From Antedon mediterranea (Eukaryota > Animalia > Echinodermata), in the NCBI RefSeq assembly GCF_964355755.1, contig NC_092673.1, positions 744,001 to 808,000 on the forward strand: DNA of 64,000 nt. Direction: 5' to 3'. The notes beneath the pieces were generated by a model, which saw only the letters and a list, made by a program, of their open reading frames with translations, was not told the origin of the DNA and did no database searches. Every line of letters begins with the position of its first letter. Within the stretch, counting starts at the first letter, position 1. Position numbers and translations under genes: made by a program. This document shows positions 25,382 to 59,664 of the stretch, one piece after another.

Positions 25382-26094
25382 ATGCCGGATCTTAAAGAAA
25401 TCGGTGATCTTAGTGAGCATGCTCCTCTAGGCCCAGATCCCCTTCTTCAAGGGGTCACATTGAGAAAACTTAGCCCAGAACACCTACATGGACCAGGCAG
25501 TTTACATGGGTCAAGATCAGATGATTCAGGATTAGGAGCCTCAGTTTCAGGAATGTGGAAGGTCAATTCTGTACAAGGCAAGCGCTCCCACGCAAATGAG
25601 GAACCTTTTCCAGAATATGGCAACAGACCCCGACTGGAAGACAAGTTGGACACAGAAGGTATGGTAAATTACTTTCCATATTGACCTAAATTGATTAATA
25701 GGTCAGTTAATTTTGGAGGTTGCCACCTTCTTTTGCTTCTTTTTATTATACAGAAATATTTCGAAATAGAAATGTTGACATTCTTTTAATGATTCTGTGA
25801 TGAAAGTAATGATTTGTACATTACATTTTCTTTTTCTAAACCTTTTTATTATTGATTGATTATGTTCTATCTTTTCTGCAATTGAAGAAAATAAATGTTT
25901 ATTTTGATTTGTTTATTTATTGAAAATTCAAATTGAAAGTAGAAGTTATTTTCACACACAGGACCTGTCCTGTATAACATTATACCCCTAAATAAAAATA
26001 TAATGGTTTCTTTAATCCCATTTTTTTACTATTTCATTTAACTTCTTTTCTAGTTAATGTAACTTCAAGCATGTCTGGTTCATTAAAAGAGTAA
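25382..26094 (+). CDS. small orphan protein B (about 105 aa; exons 25382-25658 and probably 26054-26094)
   Basis: ATG directly after the acceptor TTTTGCAG|; GC-richer coding-like exon MPDLKEIGDL...PDPLL...DSGLGAS...GKRSH...RPRL; donor GAAG|GTATGG and acceptor TTTTCTAG| give ...VNVTSSMSGSLKE*. Confidence 0.6.
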
Positions 26095-28350
26095 TGAAGA
26101 GGAAATGCTTGAAGAGGAAATGCTACAACTGCAAATGCAGCGAGAGTGGCAGCAGTAACTGTACTGTACATTAATTTTATTTATTTATTGACGAGGCCCT
26201 TTTAAAAACAATACAAAAATATACAGACTCTTAAAAACAATCTAAAAAAAATCAAAATTCTCAAACAGATTAAAAATGTTAAAATTAAAAAATGTACACA
26301 AATTAGAAAAATGTTAAAATTCCTTAGAATTAATTTATGTGTTTGTAGTGTACTGACTATGGGATAAAGTAATTTTTTAATGTAGCCGCATTCCAAAATT
26401 TATCATTTATGCATTAAGATACATGCATTTAGGATGACCCAGTATATATTTGGTTTTAGGTATGCAAGGAAGATGGCACATAACAATTTAAAGTACAAAA
26501 AGAGTAAGGGATCCTCTCACAATTTGTGGTCATAACTCTTTACACACTGTACACAAAGAAAGTACAAAAAGAGTAAGGGATCCTCTCACATTAAAAATGT
26601 AGTACTGAGCTCTATAAATCATTGTGTACTCTGGGTTTACTTAATGTTTTGATTTTTGTAATGATTACTATAATATGTATTGAGTGTAGGTTTTATTTGC
26701 TTTTAAAGCTTTGTTCTGTACTAAATATAATTGTATTTGTTGCCGCACGTCCTTAGGCGACAGTGATTTTTCTGCTTTTGCGTCTCCGGAGTCAGCATGC
26801 CAAATAGAAAAATAGGGTGACTACTATGTATAGAGACTTGTATTATTCATTCATGTATTTTATTTTTATATTCTAGATAATTTATTTTACAATAGCAATA
26901 TTTTAGAAAAATGCTATTATAGCCAAAGAATTATGTTAACTCAAAGTTTAAAGAGATATTTCTATAAATTATTAATAAACATTTGTATGCTTAGAGAATT
27001 TTGTATACTTTAAAACAAGAAACTTAGCACACATTAAAGGAAAGTTTCATGCCGCGAATAATTTTTAGAATGTACAATTGTAGATCTATGTAGCTTATGT
27101 ATTAGCGTCTTTGTATTACAAAGGTCGCATATACACAATATTGTTGTTACAGTATTTACTGGTACTTTATTTTTCAAATTCACGAAAGTTTTATGTTGTG
27201 AAAATCGCTGGTGTAACCAATTTGCAAAAGTTTCTGGTTTTACAGTATATAATCAATTGAAAAATTGCAATATAATGTGTGTTCAAGATTTGTATTTATT
27301 CAAGTATTACTGATATAATTGCAGAGAGTAAATCACTGCAGTATTTTAAGTTTATGAAATTTTAATCTAGTAGTAGTAGTAATCCTGTATTGGTGTGCTT
27401 TGAATGCGTGCATATTTAAGATATATATTATTACAAACGGGTTCAAATTACCTCTATTTATGTACAGTATTGGAATTATTCAGGATTTAAACACACCACC
27501 TATAGAAAGGGTATACAGTAGTTACAATCTTTCTGTCTTATAGTATAGTGTCTATTTAGGCTTCATTAGTAGTACTTACAAATACAATGCATGACCAAAC
27601 CTAGTACAGGAATTTTATATATTGTATGTCTACATTCTATCTAATTGTATATACATATCTTTATATGGACTAAATATTTTTCATGACTTGTAAATTCATC
27701 TTTACAGTTAACAATTATTTATTTTAGCATTAATATAACTGTTTATTTCAGAATACCAGTGGTTGAATGGTATTGTTTTCTTTAGATATTCATAATGAAT
27801 AAAAATAAATGAGAATGTAGTATCTACTACTATACATTATTGTCCATTTTCATGTTTGACCACTCACTTCTTGTACTGTACATGTAACATTATGAATGAA
27901 TAAATTCATTCTATTTTTTTGCTATAATTGTTTGATTGAATAGAAATGTCTATGATTAATTATTTGCCATTAATCCATGTTCAGCAATCCAGCAAATAAA
28001 TATTTGATTCAATAATTTGACTAATAATAAAATGTTTTCATTGGAAATAGACCAAATAAAACATATTCCGTCTGTATTATAGGAGAAAGCAGTCCACTGC
28101 CCTAGTAAATTGGTGTCCTTTTAAATACTATTATTATTATATTATTATACTACAGTATAATATTAGGACATCGTGATAGACAATTTTTGTGATGCGTTGT
28201 CATGTCACATTTCAAAACTGCCCCTCAACCCTTTTTTTTCATGGACGTCACTGATTTCAAATCTTACGTATTACTACATTTGTGGGGTTCGATTAAAAAA
28301 CACATTACACACAGTGGTTGTTTGAGCAGGGAGGTATAGGAGAGGAACAT

Positions 28351-28494
28351 TAGTGATACCGGAATGTTCGATTATTTTGTATGCTAAGTGCATCATCCAG
28401 GGACCTCTCCTTACCAAGGCTATCTAACAATAATCCAGGGACTTGACAAATGTCCAAGTGAAAACTTAAAGAATCGAACATTCCGGTATCACTG
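28351..28494. mobile_element. MITE-like element with 22-bp TIRs
   Basis: AGTGATACCGGAATGTTCGATT ... AATCGAACATTCCGGTATCACT; no clear target duplication. Confidence 0.65.
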
Positions 28495-28689
28495 CCTTTT
28501 TAATGAATGGAATTTCAACAAATAAACGTTACGGTAACAGTTGGTCTGATGGAAATACAGTTATGTAATATTAAATGTTACACAACATTAAATATAAACA
28601 GTACTAAATTATTAGAAGTCTAATTCAATGGTCGTTGTTTATACCCTAAAGTTCTCCCACCGTACCCCCTATGCACAGAATGGTTATTC

Positions 28690-30130
28690 ACCACTCTCCA
28701 CGACCAATCGCAATCTTCAGAATTTAGAGCAACCAATGAACAAGCTCCGCGTTTAATTGCTGGGTGATGCTGCTGCAATCAAGCGTAACATTGTGTATTG
28801 AGACTGGACGTTGGGTCGAGAGTAGTGTGGACGCCTCTCCTCGTCATCAGAACAACCAGATTATTTGTAATAGTAATACACATCCAGACTTTAGTAGTGT
28901 TTAACTTTGACAAAATGAGGACGAAATGTTCTGCAAAATATGTCCGTACGGAAGGATGCACACATATTATTTACACTGCCACAGAGAGAGGGCCGAGGTT
29001 GAGGCGACTTTTTTTTTATTATTTTCCCATCTTGACATCAAATAATTGTTTTTGTATTTTTGCGCGGTCGCTCTCGGAGCAGTTTTTCTGAATCACTATG
29101 AAATGCTAATAATATCACGTATATTCCATACAACATTAACTGTAGTTGTGGATTTGAAAGTAGACCTGGATCATAGCCGCCTAATTGGTTGGCCTACTTA
29201 CTAGGCCTAGGCCTATCTATACTAGTAGGCCTAGGCTAAGCTAGTAGGCTATCTATCTCCTGACGGGCTATTTTATATGAATATGATGAGACTATGCAGT
29301 ATTTTTACCAGTGCACTAAATTCGTTGACTTGTGTATATAGCCTAGGTAGGTACCGTATTTGGCCATTTTATTTTATTTTACATAGTTTCTTTTGAGGTT
29401 CAGATTGAAAACATTTACTATTGAGAATTTAGCAACGTCAAGATGCACTGTACTTAGGACCAACACACTAAAAGCGCTCCCTGCTAAAAGTAAATGAATC
29501 TGCACGATACGATACGATGTGTTTGCGAAGCTGGCTAATCTACGTTTAATAGCGCCCTCTGAGAAGTGAGGTTATTATGCGACAAAACGGAGGGGCGATG
29601 CGCTCTCTCTCATAAGTTGCAACGGCGGATGTCACGGTCAGAGCTTGGTGGGTGTTGTGAGAGAGTGAGAGAGGAGGAGAGAACAACCAAGAAATTATTT
29701 ACGTACGTTTTTTTATAGCGGCGGTATTTTGCAGCCAAATTTGTTTTTCTGATTTTTTCCCGATCAGGATCTACGTCGAATTTTCATCATATCTTTAGGC
29801 CTATCATTAGTGTTGTTGTTGACATTAATTTACATTTTAAAATATTATATTGGATTTTATTTTTAGGCCTACATTTTATTTTAATCAAGAGAGCAACAAA
29901 AAGGAGAATCACCAGATAGTATCATCTTCACACACGTACCAGCCCTTCTTCTTGCACTTGTTGGGAATCCCACTTGTTGACTATTACTAGGCCTAGGCCT
30001 AGGCCTACACTGGATCGGATGACACTGACCAGATCATAATGTAATGCTGATGGAATAATAATTCATTGTGGTTGATACAGTACCATTTATTATCCAAGCT
30101 TCTGGACGGCTGCATACTAAACTTAAGGTA
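28690..30130 (+). promoter_or_regulatory. promoter region and non-coding exon(s) of small gene C
   Basis: CCAAT boxes near 28704 and 28733; CpG-richer islands 28750-29090 and 29500-29780; CTCF-like AGCGCCCTCT near 29551; TAGGCCTA patches 29190-29350 and 29985-30010; donor-like AAG|GTACAG near 30127. Confidence 0.45.
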
Positions 30131-30489
30131 CAGTAGGCTGTATGACATTTTTTATCATAAATGCATAAATAGCAACAAAAAAGAAACTAGCCTACAAAAT
30201 GGTCTGCTTCTAATTGTTGCTATCATGGGGGTTGAAAGCCAGCAAGAATGTTGTTTTATTTTTGTATGAATTATTTAGATAGAGGGTTGGTTTAGATTTA
30301 ACTGTATTATAAAAAATACTTGTTTAGCGTCACCACACCTGAATTTTGGACCTGCCACTAATTGATTTTTTAGTTTCATTTTATGATAAAAATGGGTTTA
30401 GAAAAATATTATTATCACTAAAAAATATCGTTTTTGTTTAAATCATTAAATAGTGTGGTCTAAACAATTTTTTTAGATACCAAGTTAGG

Positions 30490-31530
30490 TTGTCAGTATT
30501 TTTTATACCTCATTAATTGAAAACAACCACAAACAACCACAAACAACCGAAAACAACCATAAAAAACCGAAAACAACCATAAACAACCGAAAACAAACCA
30601 AAAATAAAATAAAAAAATCTAAATACCGAAAACAAATTTATTTTTAATGTCGCCCTCTATTGATGGGTGTTTCTAAAGCAAAGACCATACAGAGAGAGGG
30701 TAAGACCAGGTAGTAGTGTAAAATACAACTCCCTGGTAAGATCATACAGAGAGAGAAAACTGCGCGCAAAAGCCAAGGAAGACCCTACGAAATGGTAGTG
30801 TGCACAAAATACAACTCAAAATCGTACAAATTCAATGAAATACACCGTAGACTACATTTACTTACAAAATCTATAAACACATTTCGTGTTTAGTCTTTTC
30901 AAAAACAAAGCATGATTTTACCTAACTTTGCGTTTTTGTCTCCGGTTTTCGTCACTTAAGTGAATACTGAATTGATTAAGGATAAAAACGTTATTTACTC
31001 GACTACGGTAATTTTACTAAATAGATTTTATTGTGAATCCTTTATTGTGAGCTTGTTTTAAGTATACTTTATAGTCCCTAATATTATCAATATTTTTGAA
31101 AATATCATTTCTGTATTATTATCTTTGAAAATCTATAATTAAATTGATAATGATTAACCATAGTCAATTTTACTTTCTATACTATGGATTAACGTATTCA
31201 CAATTATTGTGAGGAGTAATGCGTTGGCTGTATCAAAAATCGAAAGACTAAAATTAAAATATTTTTATAGATTGTGTAAGTAAATGCGATGTTATCATGA
31301 TTATACGATTTTTAGTTGTATTTTTTGCACACTGACATCGTAGGGTCTTCCTTGGCTTTTGCGCGGTTTTCTCTCTGTTATGGTCTTAGCTTTAGAAACA
31401 CCCATCAATAAAAAATATTATACAAATTTGTTTTCGGTATTTAGATTATTTTATTTTGTTTTCGGTTCGGTTTCGGTTGTTTATGGTTGTTTTCGGTTGT
31501 TTTCAGTTGTTTTCGGTAATTAGACTGACC
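30490..31530. mobile_element. foldback/MITE element with about 400-bp imperfect inverted arms
   Basis: Left arm (AAACAACC repeats, TATTGATGGGTGTTTCTAAAGC, GCGCAAAAGCCAAGGAAGACCCTACGA) is mirrored at about 31240-31530. Confidence 0.85.
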
Positions 31531-31629
31531 GGCTAAACAAGTATATTTTATATGCGGCCCTAAACTGTTATTTAGGAGGTTAGGTTTAGTTAGATTATTT
31601 AGCTGGAGAGTTGGGTAGATTACGGTACC

Positions 31630-31845
31630 ATTGATTGATTGAAATATATATTTATACTGGGTAACCTCTTCAGTCAAAGACTGGTCTCCCAGAGGGCCTA
31701 GTTGGTGATCAGTGGCTGTGATGTACTAATACATCGGGGTAACCCCCTACTCGTCTCGAAAGATGTACTAGGTTCTTTAAAGTGCACACGAGCTAGATGT
31801 GTACACTGGACCTACGGTTTATAGTCCTTATCTTAGAAGACTCGT
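31630..31845 (-). mobile_element. SINE fragment with a Deu/Nin-like central domain
   Basis: Minus strand GATAAGGACTATAAACCGTAGGTCC...GCACTTTAAAGAACC...GAGTAGGGGGTTACCCCG resembles the DeuSINE domain; stem-loop and (TCAA)n tail. Confidence 0.6.
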
Positions 31846-32015
31846 TCTACCATATTCCTAGCCACAGCAATAATATTTTTGAATAAATATTCCTGTGCAT
31901 TTTAATTATTAATTAAAATGAATGAATTAAAATTAAAAATGCATAATTACATAAAAGTAGAATTTCCTAGGTCTAGCCTATATAATGTTGTGTTTTGTTT
32001 TCTTTTTTCAGCAAA

Positions 32016-32276
32016 ATGTCATTGTCTAATAGTGTGGTTCTACCAAAAGACCCGTTAAATCTAAACAAGCTAGTGGAACGTTTAAGAAAAACGGAGAGTT
32101 CTAATCATCATCAGTCTGAGCAGCAAGTTGTTGTTCCTGAAATCTTGCCTCTAGACGTTACTTCTTCTTTAGAAGGAGACATCCTCCACAATGAAACACT
32201 TTTGAATAAGCTAAAAAAGGAGCCAATCTCATATGCATTTAGGGAAATTAGACACATTTCTTTTGGAGAGAACTAA
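32016..32276 (+). CDS. small orphan protein C (86 aa, MSLSNSVVLPKDPLNLNKLVERLRK...)
   Basis: ATG 4 nt after a strong acceptor (TTTTCTTTTTTCAG|CAAAATG); coding-like composition; downstream non-coding block paralogous to that of gene A. Confidence 0.55.
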   Translation: MSLSNSVVLPKDPLNLNKLVERLRKTESSNHHQSEQQVVVPEILPLDVTSSLEGDILHNETLLNKLKKEPISYAFREIRHISFGEN

Positions 32277-32929
32277 AAATATTTTTTGAATTATATGGTG
32301 GCTAAGATTATTGGAGGAAGGACGGACCTCCCAACTCTCCTGATATTTTGTGTTATCTCTCGCTCTCCTGCTAAAATGCAATTTCTCCCGATTTTTTGGA
32401 AAGAAAAATATCTGATAATGTGATAGATGGATAGTCACCACCACTGCGTATCAGTTGTACTTTACCTGTTACAGAGATTATGAACCATGGTACCTCCAAA
32501 TTCAGTGCAACTATATCATTTTTTTGTTTAAATCATGGATCAAATTTAAAGATTACTGAAATGTTATATCGGAAAAGAATCAGTTTGAGATACTGCTTTT
32601 TGTGCTGTTAGTGGACTAAGTCATAAGTTTCTAATCACCAGAAATTGGAAATTCCTATATAATAATGAATGTTTTAAACGTTTACACCTAAAATTTGTAA
32701 AATTCTAGAAGGAATGTTTTTTATGTACTGTATATTTAACACACATTTTAGTACACCATCCTATTAAAGATTCTGTGGTTACTGTGTAATACCAAAGAGT
32801 ACCAGTAGGTACCTTTTTACAAAAACGAAAAAGTGTATGTGGATTCCTGTAATTTATCCTTAGCCAGACCAAACCATACACATCATTAGAGGATTAAGCA
32901 TATTAATAAGTTAATTGTTATAGATTTTT

Positions 32930-35030
32930 AGTGAAGAGCATTCATGATCTTATATTTGAATTGCTGTATATAGTTTTACAATAAGATGTACTTAAGAGAG
33001 ATTAATATAGCCTTGCATTTGCCTCCGGTTTACTTGTGGAAACCATGTTAAATTACTGTAAAAGGATAACTCGGAGTTTAAAATGTTGCTCTACACAACA
33101 ATTATAAAACAATTACAACCACATTGATATTGATCTATTGTAGTGAAGAGCCAGCATTAATTTATTTTTTTAATGAATTTTAATTGTTTAATACAAAGAT
33201 TAGTCTGGGACCTGAGTAAAGATGTGTATGTATTTAATTTAGAAGATAATATAGGATAATTTGACCCCAATGAACAACATGGGATGTGTGCCAAAATCAC
33301 TATTTGTGTCAAATTGTTCAGAATATACATAATTTGGTCTAACACAGCTTTTAGTGAAAAAAATGACTGGAATTGCGGATTACCCAACATTTGACCCAAA
33401 AAAAGGGGGGGGGGGGAAATACATTTGTGGGTTAGATTATTCTTGGTATGAAAATGAAAGCCCATGCTATCCGCTTCTACCAAACTTGTATTTGTATTGA
33501 AAATGTTTAAAAATGAGTCTGATGTAGTTTCAAATCTATTTTGGTTTATTTATAATAGTTAAATAATTTTTTATTTGGTATCAAATGACTTTATGCAAAT
33601 TCTTAAAAGTTGCTAAAAGTGAAAGTCGAAAATATGCAGTTGAAGAACATTAGGAAAAAAAAGATGTCAGTTTCAAAGTTGTGAAACATGTAGGATTATC
33701 ATAATGACAATATTACATTTTTTTTTTATTGATGTGGTTGTAAATGCCTATATTTTAAACATTAGGTTTAAGCCTGGAGTTACCATTTATAGTTGTAGTT
33801 TCTCAAATGCCAAAATTAAATGCAAAATAAAAAAGAAAAAAAATGCAGATACAGTACCAACATTGATTGTTCTGAAACATTTATCGTTTATTATTCTTAC
33901 TACATAACTGTATGTGACAGTACTGTAGTTGGAAGGATGGGTAAATGGATTCTATTATTCTACTACATAACTGTATGTGACAGTACTGTAGTTGGAAGGA
34001 TGGGTAAATGGATTCCATTAAATTAATGAAGGAAAATGTTAGATGATAAAGACTATATTTAATTATTGCTTACCTATAAAAAAAAATTTATATATTGGAC
34101 AGTGTAGATATTGCATTATAAGTATAGATAGACGTATGAATGGATTTCATTTCATTAATGAAGGAAAAGGTTGGATGATAAATACTAGATTAAGCATTCA
34201 AAAGAAAAAATATATTGCACAGTAGATATTGCATTATAAGTATATAACATCTTTATTTTGTTGCTGCATGTTCAATACTGCTTCCCAATCTGGTATCATT
34301 ATCAATAATGTAAAATGGATAAGATAGAAAAGGTTAGCAGATTTTATACACACCAACATAATATGAAGCTATTTGTTTGCTAAAGATGTTTTGCTCCTCC
34401 AAAAACAAGACAATGAAGATTTATAAAATCAGACTTTAAATCAATTAACAGGTATTAAATGTTTTTAATCGATTCAATTTTTTTAGATATTAAAATGGCA
34501 TATTATAAAAAACATTAAAACAAAAAATTGTTTTAGGGGGACAATATATCTTTAACAAATTTGTATATACAGTATTATCATTATTATTTTTTAGAATATT
34601 AGGCCTATATAATAGTTAAATACAAAGTTATTTATATTTAAATCCAAAGGCAAAATACTGAAAAAATGACAGTGCTGTGGGTATCAGTGGCTGGATCTCA
34701 ATGGAGATACAAAAAAAATCGAAAAACTAAATCAAAACGATAAAGTAAAACAGCCAAAAAAGTTAGCAGAGCTTTCGGGCAACACTATATTAACTATTAT
34801 AACAAGTTATATATATATAAATTTTGTTTAATGTTGATGTAATTACTGTTTAATTAATTTTGCATACAAATGGTTGAATATACTTAATAAATGTTTTTTT
34901 AGGATAAATTTAGACCAACGATTAGCTCATTTAGACCAATTATAATTTTATTATTTTATACATTTCTTTGGTATAAATAATTGATAATAAAATATTACAC
35001 AGATGCAAAAGGAAAGAATTTTATTTATTT
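32930..35030 (+). repeat. paralogous non-coding block (counterpart of 20060-21060)
   Basis: Collinear matches at about 32935, 33008-33150, 33735-34050, 34925 and 34995. Confidence 0.85.
34380..34555. mobile_element. internally deleted Kolobok-type MITE (same family as 62282-62636)
   Basis: TAAAGATGTTTTGCTCC ... GGGGGACAATATATCTTTAA; shares ATAAAATCAGACTTTAAAT and TGGCATATTA with the 62 kb copy. Confidence 0.7.
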
Positions 35031-35463
35031 TTAGTTGTCATGGTTCATTCAATTATTATATTGCTGAGTTATTGTTCAGTTTTCAATATATCGAAAGAAA
35101 ATCCAATATTTTCAAGATTGGGATGTATTAGTGCCGGGCCGGCGAAATGTTCATGGCATAATTAATCTCATCAGGGAGTTGTTATTAGACTCTCATTCAT
35201 TATTCATGATTTCTGCCTGATTTTGATATAATTATTAATAGCCTTCTATTCGTTTCGAAAAAAAAAATTGTGTTGATGTGTAGCGCCCTCTCTAAAAACA
35301 CAATAAATAAAGTCAAAAATCAAAATCAACGCGATATTGGGTCGGATGCCTAGAACGAATAGTGAATGAATAATCCAAATACATCATCTTTATTACTGTA
35401 CTTGATTATGGTATTTTTATCGTAATTGTTAAAATAATAACCAAGAAATACATTTAGATAACT

Positions 35464-57390
<21,927 letters not shown>

Positions 57391-57944
57391 AGGCAACAAA
57401 AGACACCAACGTTTGTCATCGATAACATGGTGATAATTTCAATTGACAATTATGTAAGTAACTTACTGTGCGATAACTGGACATGCCAAAGGTAACTTTG
57501 ATGTAAAGTGCTAACATACCTAACTTATCAACCGAACATGATACAATATTTAATAGAGTATAAAATACTAAAAAACATTGTTTTTTAAGCTTAGTTTATT
57601 AAGTACACAATGTAGTGATGTCACAAGATCGTAAATACATTGATTTCTAAATAATTATGTTACCATTTCATGTTGGCCACATGATATGATTAAAAACAAT
57701 TGGAAGTTATTTAAGTTGCTCATTTATGTAGGCCTTAATAAGTAAGTAATTTGTAAATATTTTGGTAAATAAATTTTTTGTGTAAACTTTTGAGTTTTAA
57801 GTTAATTAAGAAGTTTAATACTGAAAACACATACTTAAATTCAGAAAGATTCATATTCTATATCATAATATAATGTGACATGGTCAGAATTACATAATGT
57901 GTTCTCCGCATGTTACCTCAATACATATTTAAGTCAATATTTTG

Positions 57945-58843
57945 CATTTTTTTCTAAAAAAATCCTTAAACTATAGTACAGGGATTTTTTCAAAAAATGC
58001 CCAAATGTTGATCCTTTTATTTGTTGAAATAAATGGTTACTATACGTCTATAAGATAATGATAGCGCAATATATACGCATATATAGCAATATCATTGCAT
58101 AATAACAGTATTTTAAAAAGTGCGTATTTTGGCCATTTTTCGAAAAAATCCCTGTACTATAGTACATGGATTTTTTAAAAAAATGGCCATATTTCGACCT
58201 TTTTATTTTTTGACATAAATGCTTACTATAAGTCTATAAGATGCTTATAACGCAATATATGCACATATATATCAATATTATTGCATAATAACAGTATTTT
58301 AAAAAGTGCGTATTTTGCCCTTTTTTTGAAAAAATCCCTGTACTATAGTACATGGATTTTTAAAAAAAATTGCCATATTTCGACCTTTTTATTTTTTGAC
58401 ATAAATGCTTACTATACGTCTATAAGATTCTTATAACGCAATATATGCACATATATAGCAATATTATTGCATAATAACAGTATTTTAAAAAGTGCGTATT
58501 TTGGCCTTTTTTCGAAAAAATCCCTGTACTATAGTACAGGGATTTTTTTTTAAAATGGCCATATTTCGACCTTTTTATTGTTTGAAATAAATGGTTACTA
58601 TACGTCTATAAGATGCTTATAACGCAATATATGCACATATATAGCAATATTATTGCATAATAACAGTATTTTAATAAGTGCGTATTTTGGCCTTTTTTTG
58701 AAAAAATCCCTGTACTATAGTACAGGGATTTTTTTTTAAAATGTCCATATTTCGACCTTTTTATTGTTTGAAATAAATGGTTACTATACGTCTATAAGAT
58801 GCTTATAACGCAATATATGCACATTGCATGATAACAGTATTTT
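57945..58843. repeat. 186-bp tandem repeat, about 5 copies, each with a long palindrome
   Basis: AAAAAATCCCTGTACTATAGTACAGGGATTTTTT-like palindrome with CCTG at 58151, 58337, 58523 and 58709; diverged relative at about 57040-57220. Confidence 0.95.
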
Positions 58844-59369
58844 AGAATCTTTCTTGGTATCTGCTCTTGGCTTATAAATAATTGCAATCATACATACAAA
58901 AAAATAATAATTAACACACACTATTTTATTCATATTAAATATAATTCATTTTGAAAACATTTGTATTTTATGAAACACAGGACAATGAAATCTAATAACC
59001 TGAATGTAAAATTTAAAGCAAAACATCATATATATACATCACCAACAATATGTAAGCAGAAATAGAAACTGTGTCCTTCTTCAGGAATGGAAACTGTACT
59101 GAAGAAAAACAAGCAAACAGAGGGATAACGTAAGGGGCAAAGGTCACTGGTTTAGACCTCCAAAGGGGCCTTCCAATAGTGGGTAGTTGCATTGGTGATG
59201 CTCTGGGCCACTTAAGCTCTGGTGCCTCTGGATTTAGCCAGTGAGCACTCATAGCTGTTACTGTATGCAACCTATTGTGCCGTGTGTGAATGTGATGATT
59301 ATATTGATCAATTTACCTTGGCTTTTCCAACACTACACAAGTCCAGTTGATAAGGATTTATCATACCTC

Positions 59370-59518
59370 AAACATGGTAGTGATATTCCCAAATATGGTA
59401 GTGACGTTCCCAATGTAGTGATATTCCTAAATATGGTAGTGATATGTCATCATCTTGTCCATATATGGGCACAACACATTTTGTTGTCAAATACAGTTTG
59501 ATAGTGTAGACAAGGTTT
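59370..59518. mobile_element. partial Harbinger-like MITE (family of 55715-55871, opposite orientation)
   Basis: ATGGTAGTGATAT subrepeats, GTCCATATATGGGCACA, and end TTTGATAGTGTAGACA. Confidence 0.65.
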
Positions 59519-59664
59519 TACACATAACATGTGTATACATTTTGATTAAATTAAATTTAGATTTCAAAATTATGCATTTGTATTTGGTAAATTGACTGGC
59601 TCTGTTTCTGTCGTCCCAGATTACCAACAATCTCGACACCACCAAAAGCATTGCTGTTGACCTT

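Noticed and set aside
34765-34785. Possible hammerhead start AGAGCTTTCGGGC
   Set aside because: The rest of the core and the stem II partner are missing.
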